A stretch of DNA of 64,000 nucleotides from an uncultured Clostridia bacterium (GTDB lineage: Bacteria; Bacillota; Clostridia; Christensenellales; Aristaeellaceae), in the NCBI GenBank assembly GCA_947565865.1, contig CANOHT010000009.1, positions 10,142-74,141 on the forward strand, in the 5' to 3' direction. This document shows positions 44,097-52,404 of the stretch, piece after piece. Position numbers and translations under genes: made by a program. The notes below the pieces were generated by a model. It did not search any database. It was not told the DNA's origin and saw only the letters and a list, made by a program, of their open reading frames with translations. How positions within the stretch are numbered: the first letter of the stretch is position 1; every line of letters starts with the position of its first letter.

Positions 44097-45038
44097 ATGG
44101 CTACGATTCTTATCACGCACGGCTTGCCAGGCGCCGGACTGGAAATGCTGGCGGGGCATCGGCTAATCATGCCCCCGATGCTGACGGCGTTTTCCCGGAC
44201 GGAAATCCTATCCCTGATTCCCGAGGCGGACGCCGTGATCGTCGGCGGTCTGCTGGACGGTGAAATGATTCGCCGGGGCAGGCAGCTTCGCGTGATCGTC
44301 AACTATGGCGCGGGCTACGACCAAGTTGACGTGGCGGAAGCCGCGGCCTGCGGTATCCCGGTGACCAGCATCCCCGAGCAGGTCACGGCCGCCACGGCGG
44401 AGCTTGCCCTGGGACTGATGCTGGCGGTGAGCCGGCGCATTGGTGAAATGAACCTGCGGCTGAGGCTGGAGGAGCCGTCCGCTCTTTTCGGCATGGGCAG
44501 AAACATGGGGCACGGCCTGGCGGGACAGACCCTGGGCATTCTGGGCCTGGGGCGGATTGGCGGCGCGGTGGCACGGCTGGGCAGGGCGCTGGGGATGGAG
44601 GTGCTGGGCTTCAGCCGCCATGGGATTGATCCCGCCCTGGCTCAGCCCGCGCCCCTGGAGGCGCTGGTGACCAAGGCGGACGTCCTGTCCCTTCACTGTC
44701 CGCTGACGTCGCAAACGCGGGGGATGGTGAACGCCGCCATGCTGGCCAGGATGAAGCCTGGGGCTATGCTGATCAATACGGCACGGGGCGCGATTGTTGA
44801 CAGCGACGCTCTGGCGGATGCGCTGGAAGCAGGCCGACTGGCAGGCGCGGGGCTGGACGTTTTCCCGGATGAGCCCAATGTGCCCCAGCGGCTGCTGCGC
44901 CTGCCCCAGTGTGTGCTGACGCCTCACATGGGCGCCAACGCCGCCGAAACCAGGGAGGCCATGCTTCGGGCCTGCTGCCGTCAGATTCTGGATGTGCTGG
45001 AGGGACGGCGGCCGAAAAACATCGTGAACGGCCTGTAA
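44097..45038 (+). CDS. D-isomer-specific 2-hydroxyacid dehydrogenase (glyoxylate/hydroxypyruvate reductase-like)
   Basis: I set the start at ATG 44097, after AAGGAGG. The NAD motif is LGILGLGRIGGAVARLG, followed by INTARGAIVD and the catalytic His in TPHMG. Confidence 0.85.
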   Translation: MATILITHGLPGAGLEMLAGHRLIMPPMLTAFSRTEILSLIPEADAVIVGGLLDGEMIRRGRQLRVIVNYGAGYDQVDVAEAAACGIPVTSIPEQVTAATAELALGLMLAVSRRIGEMNLRLRLEEPSALFGMGRNMGHGLAGQTLGILGLGRIGGAVARLGRALGMEVLGFSRHGIDPALAQPAPLEALVTKADVLSLHCPLTSQTRGMVNAAMLARMKPGAMLINTARGAIVDSDALADALEAGRLAGAGLDVFPDEPNVPQRLLRLPQCVLTPHMGANAAETREAMLRACCRQILDVLEGRRPKNIVNGL

Positions 45039-45135
45039 GCCATGGCGCGGGAAGGCGGGCGCTGCTTGTTTTCCCGCGCCGGAGAGGCCACTGCGGACAG
45101 ACGCAAAAAATTTCTGATTTTTTTGAAAAAACCTG

Positions 45136-45163
45136 TTGACATTCCCGGTAAATCGTGTATAAT
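45136..45163 (+). promoter_or_regulatory. Sigma-A promoter for tRNA-Lys
   Basis: TTGACA (45136-45141), a 16-nt spacer, then TATAAT (45158-45163). Alternating A- and T-tracts (UP-element-like) precede it. Confidence 0.6.
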
Positions 45164-45210
45164 ATATATCGTTGACCGCGAGGGACGCAAGAAACGAGCG
45201 GAAAGCATGA

Positions 45211-45283
45211 GCACCATTAGCTCAGTTGGTAGAGCACCTGACTCTTAATCAGGGTGTCTAGGGTTCGAGTCCCTAATGGTGTA
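45211..45283 (+). tRNA. tRNA-Lys (anticodon CTT)
   Basis: I folded the cloverleaf by hand. The acceptor stem is GCACCAT/ATGGTGT (with G1-U72), the D arm is GCTC-AGTTGGTA-GAGC, the anticodon arm is CCTGA-CTCTTAA-TCAGG, and the T arm is TAGGG-TTCGAGT-CCCTA. The discriminator is A, the length is 73 nt, and CCA is not encoded. Confidence 0.9.
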
Positions 45284-45288
45284 CAGAT

Positions 45289-45320
45289 AAACCGCTGGAT
45301 CATCCGGCGGTTTTCTTTTT
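45289..45320 (+). terminator. Intrinsic terminator after tRNA-Lys
   Basis: AAACCGCTGG-atcat-CCGGCGGTTT forms a 10-bp stem with one G-U pair, followed by a TTTTCTTTTT tract. Confidence 0.75.
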
Positions 45321-45378
45321 GCATTCATAGCGGCAGAAACGACAGACGCCTCCGGGGCGGGAAAGGAAGCAGTGCGCC

Positions 45379-46755
45379 ATGGCGGACAATCGAACAAAAT
45401 TATTTGAGGAGGCGCCCATCCCCAAGGCCGTAATGACGCTGGCCATCCCCACCATTTTCAGCTGCCTGGTGTCGGTATTGTACAGCTTGGCCGATACTTA
45501 TTTTGTCGGCATGCTGAACAATCCTGTTCAGACAACGGCGGTGACGCTGGCGTCACCCATGCTCCTGGCCTTCAATGCGGTCAATAACCTTTTTGGCGTG
45601 GGTTCCTCCAGCATGATGAGCCGCGCCCTGGGCCGAGGGGATATGAAGACCCTGCGGCAAAGCTCCGCCTTCGGCTTTTATGGCGCGGTGATCTGCGGCG
45701 TATTGTATTCGGTAGGCAGCCTGCTCCTTCGAGGACCGCTGCTGACCCTTCTGGGGGCGGACAGCGCGACGGCTCCCGTAACTGGCCGCTATCTGATGTG
45801 GACGGTCTGCCTCGGTGCGACGCCCTCCATCCTGAACGTGGTTATGGCGTACATGATTCGCTCGGAGGGCGCAACGCTTCACGCCAGCATCGGCACCATG
45901 AGCGGCTGCTTCCTCAATATACTGCTGGATCCGCTGTTCATCCTGCCCGGGGGGCTGAACATGGGGGCGGAGGGCGCGGCCCTGGCAACGCTGATTTCCA
46001 ACTGCGTGGCGATGCTGTATTTCTTTGGCTACCTCTTTTTCCGGCGGAAGACGACCTGCGTTTGCATTTCCCCCAAGGAGTTTACCCTGCGCAGACCCAT
46101 TGTGATGGGCGTGTGTACGGTGGGGGTGCCCGCCTCGATTCAAAACCTGCTGAATGTGGTGGGGCAGATGCTCCTGAACAACCTGACCTCCGCCTATGGC
46201 CCCCAGGCCTTGGCCGCCATGGGCATCGCCTTCAGGGTGGCGAAGGTGCCTATGTATATTTCCAACGGTATTTCCCAGGGGGTCATGCCCCTGGTGGGCT
46301 ATACCTATGCCGCCGGGCTGATTGGGCGCATGAAGAAGGCCCTGGCCTTTACGGCCAAGCTGGCGGTGAGTATCCTGCTGGTGCTGGCGGTTTGCTGCTG
46401 CCTGTTCTCGCCCTTCATCATCGGCGCGTTCATCGACGATGCCCAGACCGTGGCTTACGGCTCCTCCTTCCTGAGCGGCATGGCGCTGTCCATCCCCTTT
46501 ATGTCCATGGACTTTCTGGCGGTGGGCGTGTTCCAGGCGGTGGGCAAAGGTTCGCTGTCGCTGATGATGGCCATCGTCCGCAAGATTGTACTGGAAATTC
46601 CGGCGATGAATCTGCTGAATTATTTCTGGCCGCTCTACGGCTTGTCCTGCGCGCAGCTGGTGGCCGAGGTGGGCGCCTGCGCCATCGGCGGCATGCTGCT
46701 GCTTCGGCTGATTCGCCAGATTGAGCGGCGGGCGAAGCCTCGAGACGCGGCCTGA
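45379..46755 (+). CDS. MATE-family efflux transporter
   Basis: 458 aa with 12 predicted TM helices. The N-terminus LFEEAPIPKAVMTLAIPTIFSCLV...ADTYFVG is typical of the MATE/NorM family. Confidence 0.85.
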   Translation: MADNRTKLFEEAPIPKAVMTLAIPTIFSCLVSVLYSLADTYFVGMLNNPVQTTAVTLASPMLLAFNAVNNLFGVGSSSMMSRALGRGDMKTLRQSSAFGFYGAVICGVLYSVGSLLLRGPLLTLLGADSATAPVTGRYLMWTVCLGATPSILNVVMAYMIRSEGATLHASIGTMSGCFLNILLDPLFILPGGLNMGAEGAALATLISNCVAMLYFFGYLFFRRKTTCVCISPKEFTLRRPIVMGVCTVGVPASIQNLLNVVGQMLLNNLTSAYGPQALAAMGIAFRVAKVPMYISNGISQGVMPLVGYTYAAGLIGRMKKALAFTAKLAVSILLVLAVCCCLFSPFIIGAFIDDAQTVAYGSSFLSGMALSIPFMSMDFLAVGVFQAVGKGSLSLMMAIVRKIVLEIPAMNLLNYFWPLYGLSCAQLVAEVGACAIGGMLLLRLIRQIERRAKPRDAA

Positions 46756-46860
46756 CGCCGGGGCGGCAAGGTAAAATGTTGACGGCCCGAGGAAAAGGGG
46801 TATCCAAACACCCTGTGTTGTGCTATAATAAAACTGTATGCACATAAGGAGGCGAAGCCC

Positions 46861-47280
46861 TTGAACCTGCATTTCCCCGAACCCATGAGCGTCAGCGAGG
46901 CGAAGCTGCTCAATCCTTTGAAGCTGGCATATTTGGGCGATTCGGTTTGGGAACTGCTGGTTGGCTCGGCGCTGCTGGCCCAGGGGCTGAATCTGCGGCA
47001 TATGCACAGGGAGGCCGTCGCGCGGGTCAACGCCAGAGCGCAGGCGGAGGCGCTGGGCCGCATTGCCGCGCTGCTGGACACGGAGGAGGAGGACATTGTC
47101 CGCCGGGGGCGCAACAGCCATCCGCATCATGTCGCTCCCCGGCACCAGGAGGCGGCGGATTACCGGGCGGCCACGGCCATGGAGGCTCTGATGGGCTTCC
47201 TCTACGTTACCGGCCAGGAGGCCCGACTGCAAGCGCTGTTTATCGCCAGTCAGACGGAGGTTCATTCATGCCAGAAGTAA
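46861..47280 (+). CDS. mrnC: Mini-ribonuclease 3
   Basis: The start is TTG, 8 nt after AAGGAGG. LNPLKLAYLGDSVWELLV is the Mini-III signature. Confidence 0.85.
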   Translation: MNLHFPEPMSVSEAKLLNPLKLAYLGDSVWELLVGSALLAQGLNLRHMHREAVARVNARAQAEALGRIAALLDTEEEDIVRRGRNSHPHHVAPRHQEAADYRAATAMEALMGFLYVTGQEARLQALFIASQTEVHSCQK

Positions 47281-48020
47281 AGCTGCATGTGGCGCTGCTC
47301 CGCCACACGCTTTCCCCGGAGGAAACCGTGGCCCTGGGCGCCCGGCTGTGCTACTCCAAGGCCACCATTGATGATCTTGCCCAGAAGGTTTCCAGCCGGG
47401 ATCAGTCCGCCTTTGTACAGAAGATCATGGGCATGGGTCATGAGTCTGTGCTGGAGCACGCCTCCTTCACCTTCGGGGTGGAGGGCGTGAGCCGTGTGCT
47501 GCTGGCTCAGCTGACCCGCCACCGCCTGGCCAGCTTTTCGGTGCAGAGCCAGCGCTATGTCAGCTACGAGCAGGGCTTTGGCTACATTGTACCCCCGAAA
47601 ATCGCTGCGCTGGGCCAGGAAGCCGTGGCGGCGTATGAGGCGCAGATGGATCAGCTTCACATATGGTACCGGGAGTGGCAGGCCAGGTTAGGGGATGGCG
47701 AGGGGAGCAATGAGGATGCGCGGTTCGTGCTTCCCGGCGCCTGTGAGACACGGCTGATGATGACCATGAACGTTCGGGAGCTGCGGCACTTCTTCAGCCT
47801 GCGGATGTGCTCCCGGGCTCAGTGGGAAATTCGCGCCCTGGCGACGCGGATGCATAGCCTTTGCATGGAGGTCGCCCCTGCGCTGTTCGCGGACGCGGGG
47901 CCGGGCTGCCTGCGGGGCGGGTGCCCGGAAGGCGCAAAATCCTGCGGCCTGGCGGCGGAAAAGCGCCGGGAAAGAAAGGAATGGCTGGCGTCCCTGGAGC
48001 ATCACGAAAAAAAAGGTTAA
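47268..48020 (+). CDS. thyX: FAD-dependent thymidylate synthase
   Basis: ATG 47268 overlaps the mrnC 3' end by 13 nt. The ThyX motif is HESVLEHASFTF...TRHRLASFSVQSQRY (RHR...SxR). Confidence 0.9.
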   Translation: MPEVKLHVALLRHTLSPEETVALGARLCYSKATIDDLAQKVSSRDQSAFVQKIMGMGHESVLEHASFTFGVEGVSRVLLAQLTRHRLASFSVQSQRYVSYEQGFGYIVPPKIAALGQEAVAAYEAQMDQLHIWYREWQARLGDGEGSNEDARFVLPGACETRLMMTMNVRELRHFFSLRMCSRAQWEIRALATRMHSLCMEVAPALFADAGPGCLRGGCPEGAKSCGLAAEKRRERKEWLASLEHHEKKG

Positions 48021-48089
48021 AAATTTTGTCCCAACCTGTCACGCGCGCCGCGCAAATTCTGTTTTATATAAGTAGAGGGAGAAAAAACA

Positions 48090-49253
48090 ATGGCTTTCTA
48101 TAAGGACGTTCCTACCAGCCACCCGCAGAAAAAGAATTACGCCAATCAGGGCTCTTGGGATGATGAGGGAGCTCACTATCGTGCTGCCAATCGCCGCTTT
48201 GGCCCCGAGTCCGGGGATGAGCGCAGGAGCAATCGTGCTCCTGGCCGTTCCTTTGGAGCCCGGCCGGGGGACAGCCGCCCGGCAAGGGAGGACAGCCGTC
48301 GTCCCTATGGCGAGCGGCGGAATGAGGGCGAGCGCCGCCCCTATGGCGAGCGAGGCGGCAGCAGCCGACCTTCCCAGGGGCGGGGCAATCGTGATGAACG
48401 CCGGGGCACGGGCCGTCCCGTGGAGCGCAGGCCCCGGGAGGAGCGCCGTCCCGCGCCTGTCCGGCAGGAGCTTTCCTATCGGGATTTTGAGCAGTTGAAT
48501 CCCTATGTGGAGGAAAAGGTGGACGCCACCGAAAATCTGCTGGCGGGCCGCAACCCCATCCGTGAGGCGCTCAAGAGCGGGCGTGACCTGGAAAAGCTGT
48601 TGGTGCAGCGCGGCGAGCTGTCCGGCTCCGCCCGGGAGATCGTTCAGATGGCCAAGGAAGCCCGCGTACCGGTCCAGGAGGTGGACAAGTCCCGGCTGGA
48701 CGCCATCGCGCCCCATCATCAGGGCATGCTGGCCTTCGCCTCCGCCTACCGTTACGCGGAGGTCGAGGATATGCTGGCCGTTGCCCGTGAGCGGGGGGAG
48801 GAGCCCTTCCTGATCCTGCTGGACGGCGTGACGGACCCTCACAACCTGGGGGCCATCATCCGCAGCGCCGAGTGCGCGGGCGCCCATGGCGTTATCGTGC
48901 CCCAGCGGCGCAGCGTCGGCCTGACCACGGCGGCGGTGAAGGCCTCCGCGGGCGCTGTGGAGCATATGAAGGTTGCCCGGGTGACCAATCTGAACCGCAC
49001 GATTGAGGCGCTGAAGACGCAGGGCATCTGGGTCTATGCCGTGACCATGGACGGTCAGGATTATGAGCGGGTGAATTTCAAGGGCGGCGTAGCCCTGGTG
49101 ATTGGCGCGGAAGGCGAGGGCATCAGCCGCCTGACCGTCGAGAGCTGCGACCAGAAGGTGTCCCTGCCCATGGCAGGGCGCATCGACAGCCTGAACGCCT
49201 CCGTGGCGGCGGGCGTGATGATGTACCGTGTGCTGTCCTCACGCCGGGCATGA
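48090..49253 (+). CDS. rlmB: 23S rRNA 2'-O-ribose methyltransferase RlmB (TrmH/SpoU family) with an N-terminal Arg/Glu/Gly-rich extension of about 135 aa
   Basis: The SpoU core is LDGVTDPHNLGAIIRSAECAGAHGVI...ALVIGAEGEGIS...IDSLNASVAAGVMMY. The gene sits in the conserved mrnC-rlmB-yacP-sigH context. Confidence 0.9.
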   Translation: MAFYKDVPTSHPQKKNYANQGSWDDEGAHYRAANRRFGPESGDERRSNRAPGRSFGARPGDSRPAREDSRRPYGERRNEGERRPYGERGGSSRPSQGRGNRDERRGTGRPVERRPREERRPAPVRQELSYRDFEQLNPYVEEKVDATENLLAGRNPIREALKSGRDLEKLLVQRGELSGSAREIVQMAKEARVPVQEVDKSRLDAIAPHHQGMLAFASAYRYAEVEDMLAVARERGEEPFLILLDGVTDPHNLGAIIRSAECAGAHGVIVPQRRSVGLTTAAVKASAGAVEHMKVARVTNLNRTIEALKTQGIWVYAVTMDGQDYERVNFKGGVALVIGAEGEGISRLTVESCDQKVSLPMAGRIDSLNASVAAGVMMYRVLSSRRA

Positions 49254-49789
49254 AGCCGCTGCTGATTGTGGACGGCTACAACGTCATCGGCGCCTGGGGC
49301 GAGGCGGAAAAGCGGCGCTGGCCCCTGGACGAATGCCGGGATCGGCTGATGCGTCTGCTGCAGGACTACGGCGGTTATTCCGGCGAGGAGGTTGTCCTGG
49401 TCTTCGACGGCTATCAGTCCGACCGCAAGCAGCGCACGGAGGAACGGTATGACGCGCTGACCCTGGTCTACACCTGCCATGGCGAGACTGCGGACAGCTA
49501 CATTGAGCGCCTGGTCGCAAAGACGCCCAGATACCGCGCCGTTCGGGTGGCGACGTCCGACGGCCTGGAGCAAAGCCAGGTGCTTTCCACCGGGGCGACG
49601 CGCCTGACCTCGCGAGAGCTGCTGCGGGAACTGAGGCAGCTTCGCCAGCGGGGAATGGAGCAGCATCAGGTCAGCCGCAGCGTGAAGCCCAAGCCGTCCC
49701 TGGCCTCTCGGCTGCCGGAAGATACGCGGCGGGCGCTTGAAAGCTGGCGGCGGGGCGAGCAACCAAAGATGGATGGAAACGGGAGGTGA
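49250..49789 (+). CDS. yacP: NYN-domain ribonuclease YacP/Rae1 family
   Basis: The N-terminus is MKPLLIVDGYNVIGAW. The gene is in the conserved position upstream of sigH, and its start forms an ATGA overlap with rlmB. Confidence 0.85.
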   Translation: MKPLLIVDGYNVIGAWGEAEKRRWPLDECRDRLMRLLQDYGGYSGEEVVLVFDGYQSDRKQRTEERYDALTLVYTCHGETADSYIERLVAKTPRYRAVRVATSDGLEQSQVLSTGATRLTSRELLRELRQLRQRGMEQHQVSRSVKPKPSLASRLPEDTRRALESWRRGEQPKMDGNGR

Positions 49790-49794
49790 AAGCC

Positions 49795-50532
49795 GTGGAT
49801 GACCACGACCTGGATTTCACCGACGAGGAGCTGGAAGCCCTCGGATTGGGCGCGGCCGAAAGCCTGCAGGAGCCTGAGGATGCGCTCGAGGAAGAGGAGC
49901 CGGCGTTTTCGTCGGATTATACGACCTTGGGCGACGAGGATGTGGTGGCGCTGTGCCGCCAGGGGGATACCATCGCGGAGGAGTACCTGCTGAACAAGTA
50001 CAAGAACTTCGTCCGCTCCAAGGCCCGCAGCTACTTCCTCATCGGCGCGGATCATGAGGACATCGTGCAGGAAGGCATGATCGGCCTGTACAAGGCCATC
50101 CGGGATTATCGGCCGGACAAGCTGTCCTCCTTCCGGGCCTTTGCGGAATTGTGCATCACCCGGCAGATTATTACCGCCATCAAGACCGCCACAAGGCAGA
50201 AGCATATTCCCCTCAACAGCTATGTGTCCCTGAATAAGCCGCTGTATGACGAGGAATCCGACCGCACCCTGCTGGATGTAATCATTGAGGGCCGCGCCAC
50301 CAATCCGGAGGAGCTCATCATCGGCCAGGAGGATCTGCGCAACATCAATCATAAGATTGACGAGGTGCTCTCCGGCCTGGAGCAGGAGGTGCTCCGCGCC
50401 TATCTGGACGGCAAGAGCTATCAGGAAATCGCCGATAATCTGGGCAGGCATGTGAAGTCCATCGACAACGCGCTCCAGCGGGTGAAGCGCAAGCTGGAAA
50501 AGTACCTGGAGGAGCACGGCAAGGACAACTGA
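49795..50532 (+). CDS. sigH: RNA polymerase sigma-H factor
   Basis: The blocks YLLNKYKNFVRSKARSYFLIGADHEDIVQEGMIGLYKAIRDY and FAELCITRQIITAIKTATRQKH are SigH-like. GTG 49795 lies 8 nt after GGGAGG. GTG 49786 is an alternative start. Confidence 0.9.
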   Translation: MDDHDLDFTDEELEALGLGAAESLQEPEDALEEEEPAFSSDYTTLGDEDVVALCRQGDTIAEEYLLNKYKNFVRSKARSYFLIGADHEDIVQEGMIGLYKAIRDYRPDKLSSFRAFAELCITRQIITAIKTATRQKHIPLNSYVSLNKPLYDEESDRTLLDVIIEGRATNPEELIIGQEDLRNINHKIDEVLSGLEQEVLRAYLDGKSYQEIADNLGRHVKSIDNALQRVKRKLEKYLEEHGKDN

Positions 50533-50553
50533 TAGCCCTGCGCAAATTTCCTC

Positions 50554-50582
50554 TTGCCATGGGCGGCAAAATGGTGTATCAT
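50554..50582 (+). promoter_or_regulatory. Sigma-A type promoter for the aroF leader
   Basis: TTGCCA (50554-50559), a 17-nt spacer, then TATCAT (50577-50582). Confidence 0.5.
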
Positions 50583-50610
50583 AAATCCCGAAGGAAAGGA
50601 GGATGCGGCC

Positions 50611-50658
50611 ATGACCAGTCAGCGTTTTGCTTATTACGCCTACGCGCTGTTGAGGTAA
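50611..50658 (+). CDS. Putative 15-codon aromatic-rich leader peptide MTSQRFAYYAYALLR
   Basis: AGGAGG (50597-50602) lies 8 nt before ATG 50611. The codons are Phe6, Tyr8, Tyr9 and Tyr11, and the stop is TAA 50656-58. Alternative hairpins and a terminator follow, upstream of DAHP synthase. Confidence 0.5.
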   Translation: MTSQRFAYYAYALLR

Positions 50659-50692
50659 GCAGGGCGCAATTTGGCATGGCATCATCCCTATT

Positions 50693-50729
50693 GCCCTGCG
50701 GCCTACGCGCTGTGGGGCCTTTTCTTTTG
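50693..50729 (+). terminator. Attenuator terminator (segments 3:4) in the aroF leader
   Basis: GCCCTGCGGC-ctacgc-GCTGTGGGGC forms a 10-bp stem with 3 G-U pairs, followed by CTTTTCTTTTG. It lies 55 nt upstream of the aroF ATG. Confidence 0.55.
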
Positions 50730-50783
50730 TAGTACGGCGGCACGGCAGGATTCCTATTTTTTGAAGTACGGAGGTATGGCGGT

Positions 50784-51785
50784 ATGATCGTGATTTTGAA
50801 GCAGAACGCGCAGGCGGAACAGGTGGACAGGCTGAAGGCCTTCCTGGGACAGATGGGCCTTCAAATCCACTTTTCTCAGGGTGAGAACTCCACCATTATG
50901 GGCCTGGTGGGCGATACCAGCCGGGTTGATCCCGACCTGATTGCTTCCCTGGACGCGGTGGAGGACGTGCGGCGCATTCAGGAGCCTTACAAGAGCGCCA
51001 ACCGCAAGTTTCATCCGGCGGATACGGTGGTGGACTGCGGCGCGGGGGTGAAGCTGGGCGGCGGCAGCTTTCAGTTTATCGCGGGCCCCTGTTCGGTGGA
51101 AAGCGAGGAGCAGGTGGTGGCGGTGGCCAAGGCTGTCAAGGCGGCGGGCGCGACCCTCCTGCGAGGCGGCGCCTTCAAGCCCAGGACATCCCCTTATGCG
51201 TTTCAGGGCCTCCACGGGGAGGGCATTCGCCTGCTGCTCCTGGCCCGCCAGGAGACAGGCATGCCCATCGTGACCGAGCTGATGGATTTGTCCCATCTGC
51301 CGCTGTTTGAGGATGTGGACGTTATCCAGATCGGCGCGCGGAACATGCAGAACTTTGAACTGCTCAAGGAGGTAGGCAAGCTGCACAAGCCTATCCTACT
51401 CAAGCGCGGCCTGGCCAACACCATCCAGGAATGGCTGATGAGCGCGGAGTACATCATGGCGGGAGGCAATGCCCAGGTCATTCTGTGTGAGCGGGGGATC
51501 CGCACTTATGAGACGGCTACCCGTAACACCTTGGATCTTTCTGCCGTGCCGGTGCTCCATGAGAAGACCCATTTGCCGGTGATTGTGGACCCCAGCCATG
51601 CCACGGGCTTCAGTCGGCTGGTCAAGCCCATGGCTTTGGCGGCGGCGGCCTGCGGGGCGGACGGGCTGATGATCGAGGTGCATAACGATCCCAAGCGCGC
51701 GCTGTGCGACGGACCTCAGTCGCTGACGCCGGAAGAGTTCGCGGATGTGGCTCGCCGGGTACAGCTGGTGCGTACCGCGATTTAA
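50784..51785 (+). CDS. aroF: 3-deoxy-7-phosphoheptulonate (DAHP) synthase, type I-beta, with an N-terminal ferredoxin-like regulatory domain
   Basis: The catalytic barrel blocks are [35 protein letters not shown] and VDPSH. The N-terminal ~65 aa ([21 protein letters not shown]...) resemble the regulatory domain of Thermotoga-type DAH7PS. Confidence 0.9.
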   Translation: MIVILKQNAQAEQVDRLKAFLGQMGLQIHFSQGENSTIMGLVGDTSRVDPDLIASLDAVEDVRRIQEPYKSANRKFHPADTVVDCGAGVKLGGGSFQFIAGPCSVESEEQVVAVAKAVKAAGATLLRGGAFKPRTSPYAFQGLHGEGIRLLLLARQETGMPIVTELMDLSHLPLFEDVDVIQIGARNMQNFELLKEVGKLHKPILLKRGLANTIQEWLMSAEYIMAGGNAQVILCERGIRTYETATRNTLDLSAVPVLHEKTHLPVIVDPSHATGFSRLVKPMALAAAACGADGLMIEVHNDPKRALCDGPQSLTPEEFADVARRVQLVRTAI

Positions 51786-51799
51786 GAGGAGCGCTGCGG

Positions 51800-52339
51800 A
51801 TGGAACAGCTTCGCTTGGCTATCCCGGATATTTCCCTGGCCGAGGAAATCCGCTCCTATCGCGCCGCCATGCTGGACGCGGGCAGCTCGATGGACGGATG
51901 CGGCTCGCTTCGCAGGCATGAAAATCCGGCGGACTGGCTGGCCTTTAACGCCAAGCTTGCCAATCCTGATACCGTCCCCGAGGGCCTGGCGCCCAGCACG
52001 CAGTACGTCTGCCTGAACCGGCAGGGGCGCATTCTGGGCATGATCCAGCTGCGCCATGCCATGACCGATTACCTGCGGCTGTACGCGGGGCACATCGGCT
52101 ATTCTGTCCGTCCGGACGAGCGGCGCAGGGGCTATGCCACCTGGATGCTCAGGGCGGTGATGGCGGAAGCCCGAGGGCGGGGCATGGAGCGCCTCATGGT
52201 CAGCTGCCTGACGGATAACGAGGGCAGCAGGCGCACCATTCTGGCTTGCGGCGGCGTTTATGAGTCAACCGTCCATGAGCCCAAGGAGAATGCTGACCTG
52301 CAGCGATACTGGATTGGGTTGGGGAAGCCCGACCAATAA
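51800..52339 (+). CDS. GNAT-family acetyltransferase (COG3981-like)
   Basis: I set the start at ATG 51800, after AAGAGGAG. The GNAT core is GHIGYSVRPDERRRGYATWML. Confidence 0.8.
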   Translation: MEQLRLAIPDISLAEEIRSYRAAMLDAGSSMDGCGSLRRHENPADWLAFNAKLANPDTVPEGLAPSTQYVCLNRQGRILGMIQLRHAMTDYLRLYAGHIGYSVRPDERRRGYATWMLRAVMAEARGRGMERLMVSCLTDNEGSRRTILACGGVYESTVHEPKENADLQRYWIGLGKPDQ

Positions 52340-52404
52340 ATTTGCTGGCTTCGGCGGGGAAGGATTTCGCCCTGCTGCCGCGGAAGCCAAGAGGATGATG
52401 ACAT

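Noticed and set aside
45042-45248. A 68-aa plus-strand ORF that overlaps the tRNA-Lys promoter and gene.
   Set aside because: It reads through a consensus promoter and into a perfectly folding tRNA, and it has no SD. It is spurious.
50659-50787. An in-frame continuation after the leader-peptide stop codon. It is also aromatic-rich ([42 protein letters not shown]) and ends in a TGA that overlaps the aroF ATG, so I considered stop-codon readthrough or a second leader ORF.
   Set aside because: There is no SD or ATG/GTG start after the TAA. Several of the Phe codons are simply the terminator U-tract, and the Tyr/Trp codons partly derive from the 13-nt repeat. The 15-codon ORF plus hairpins explains the region without invoking readthrough.
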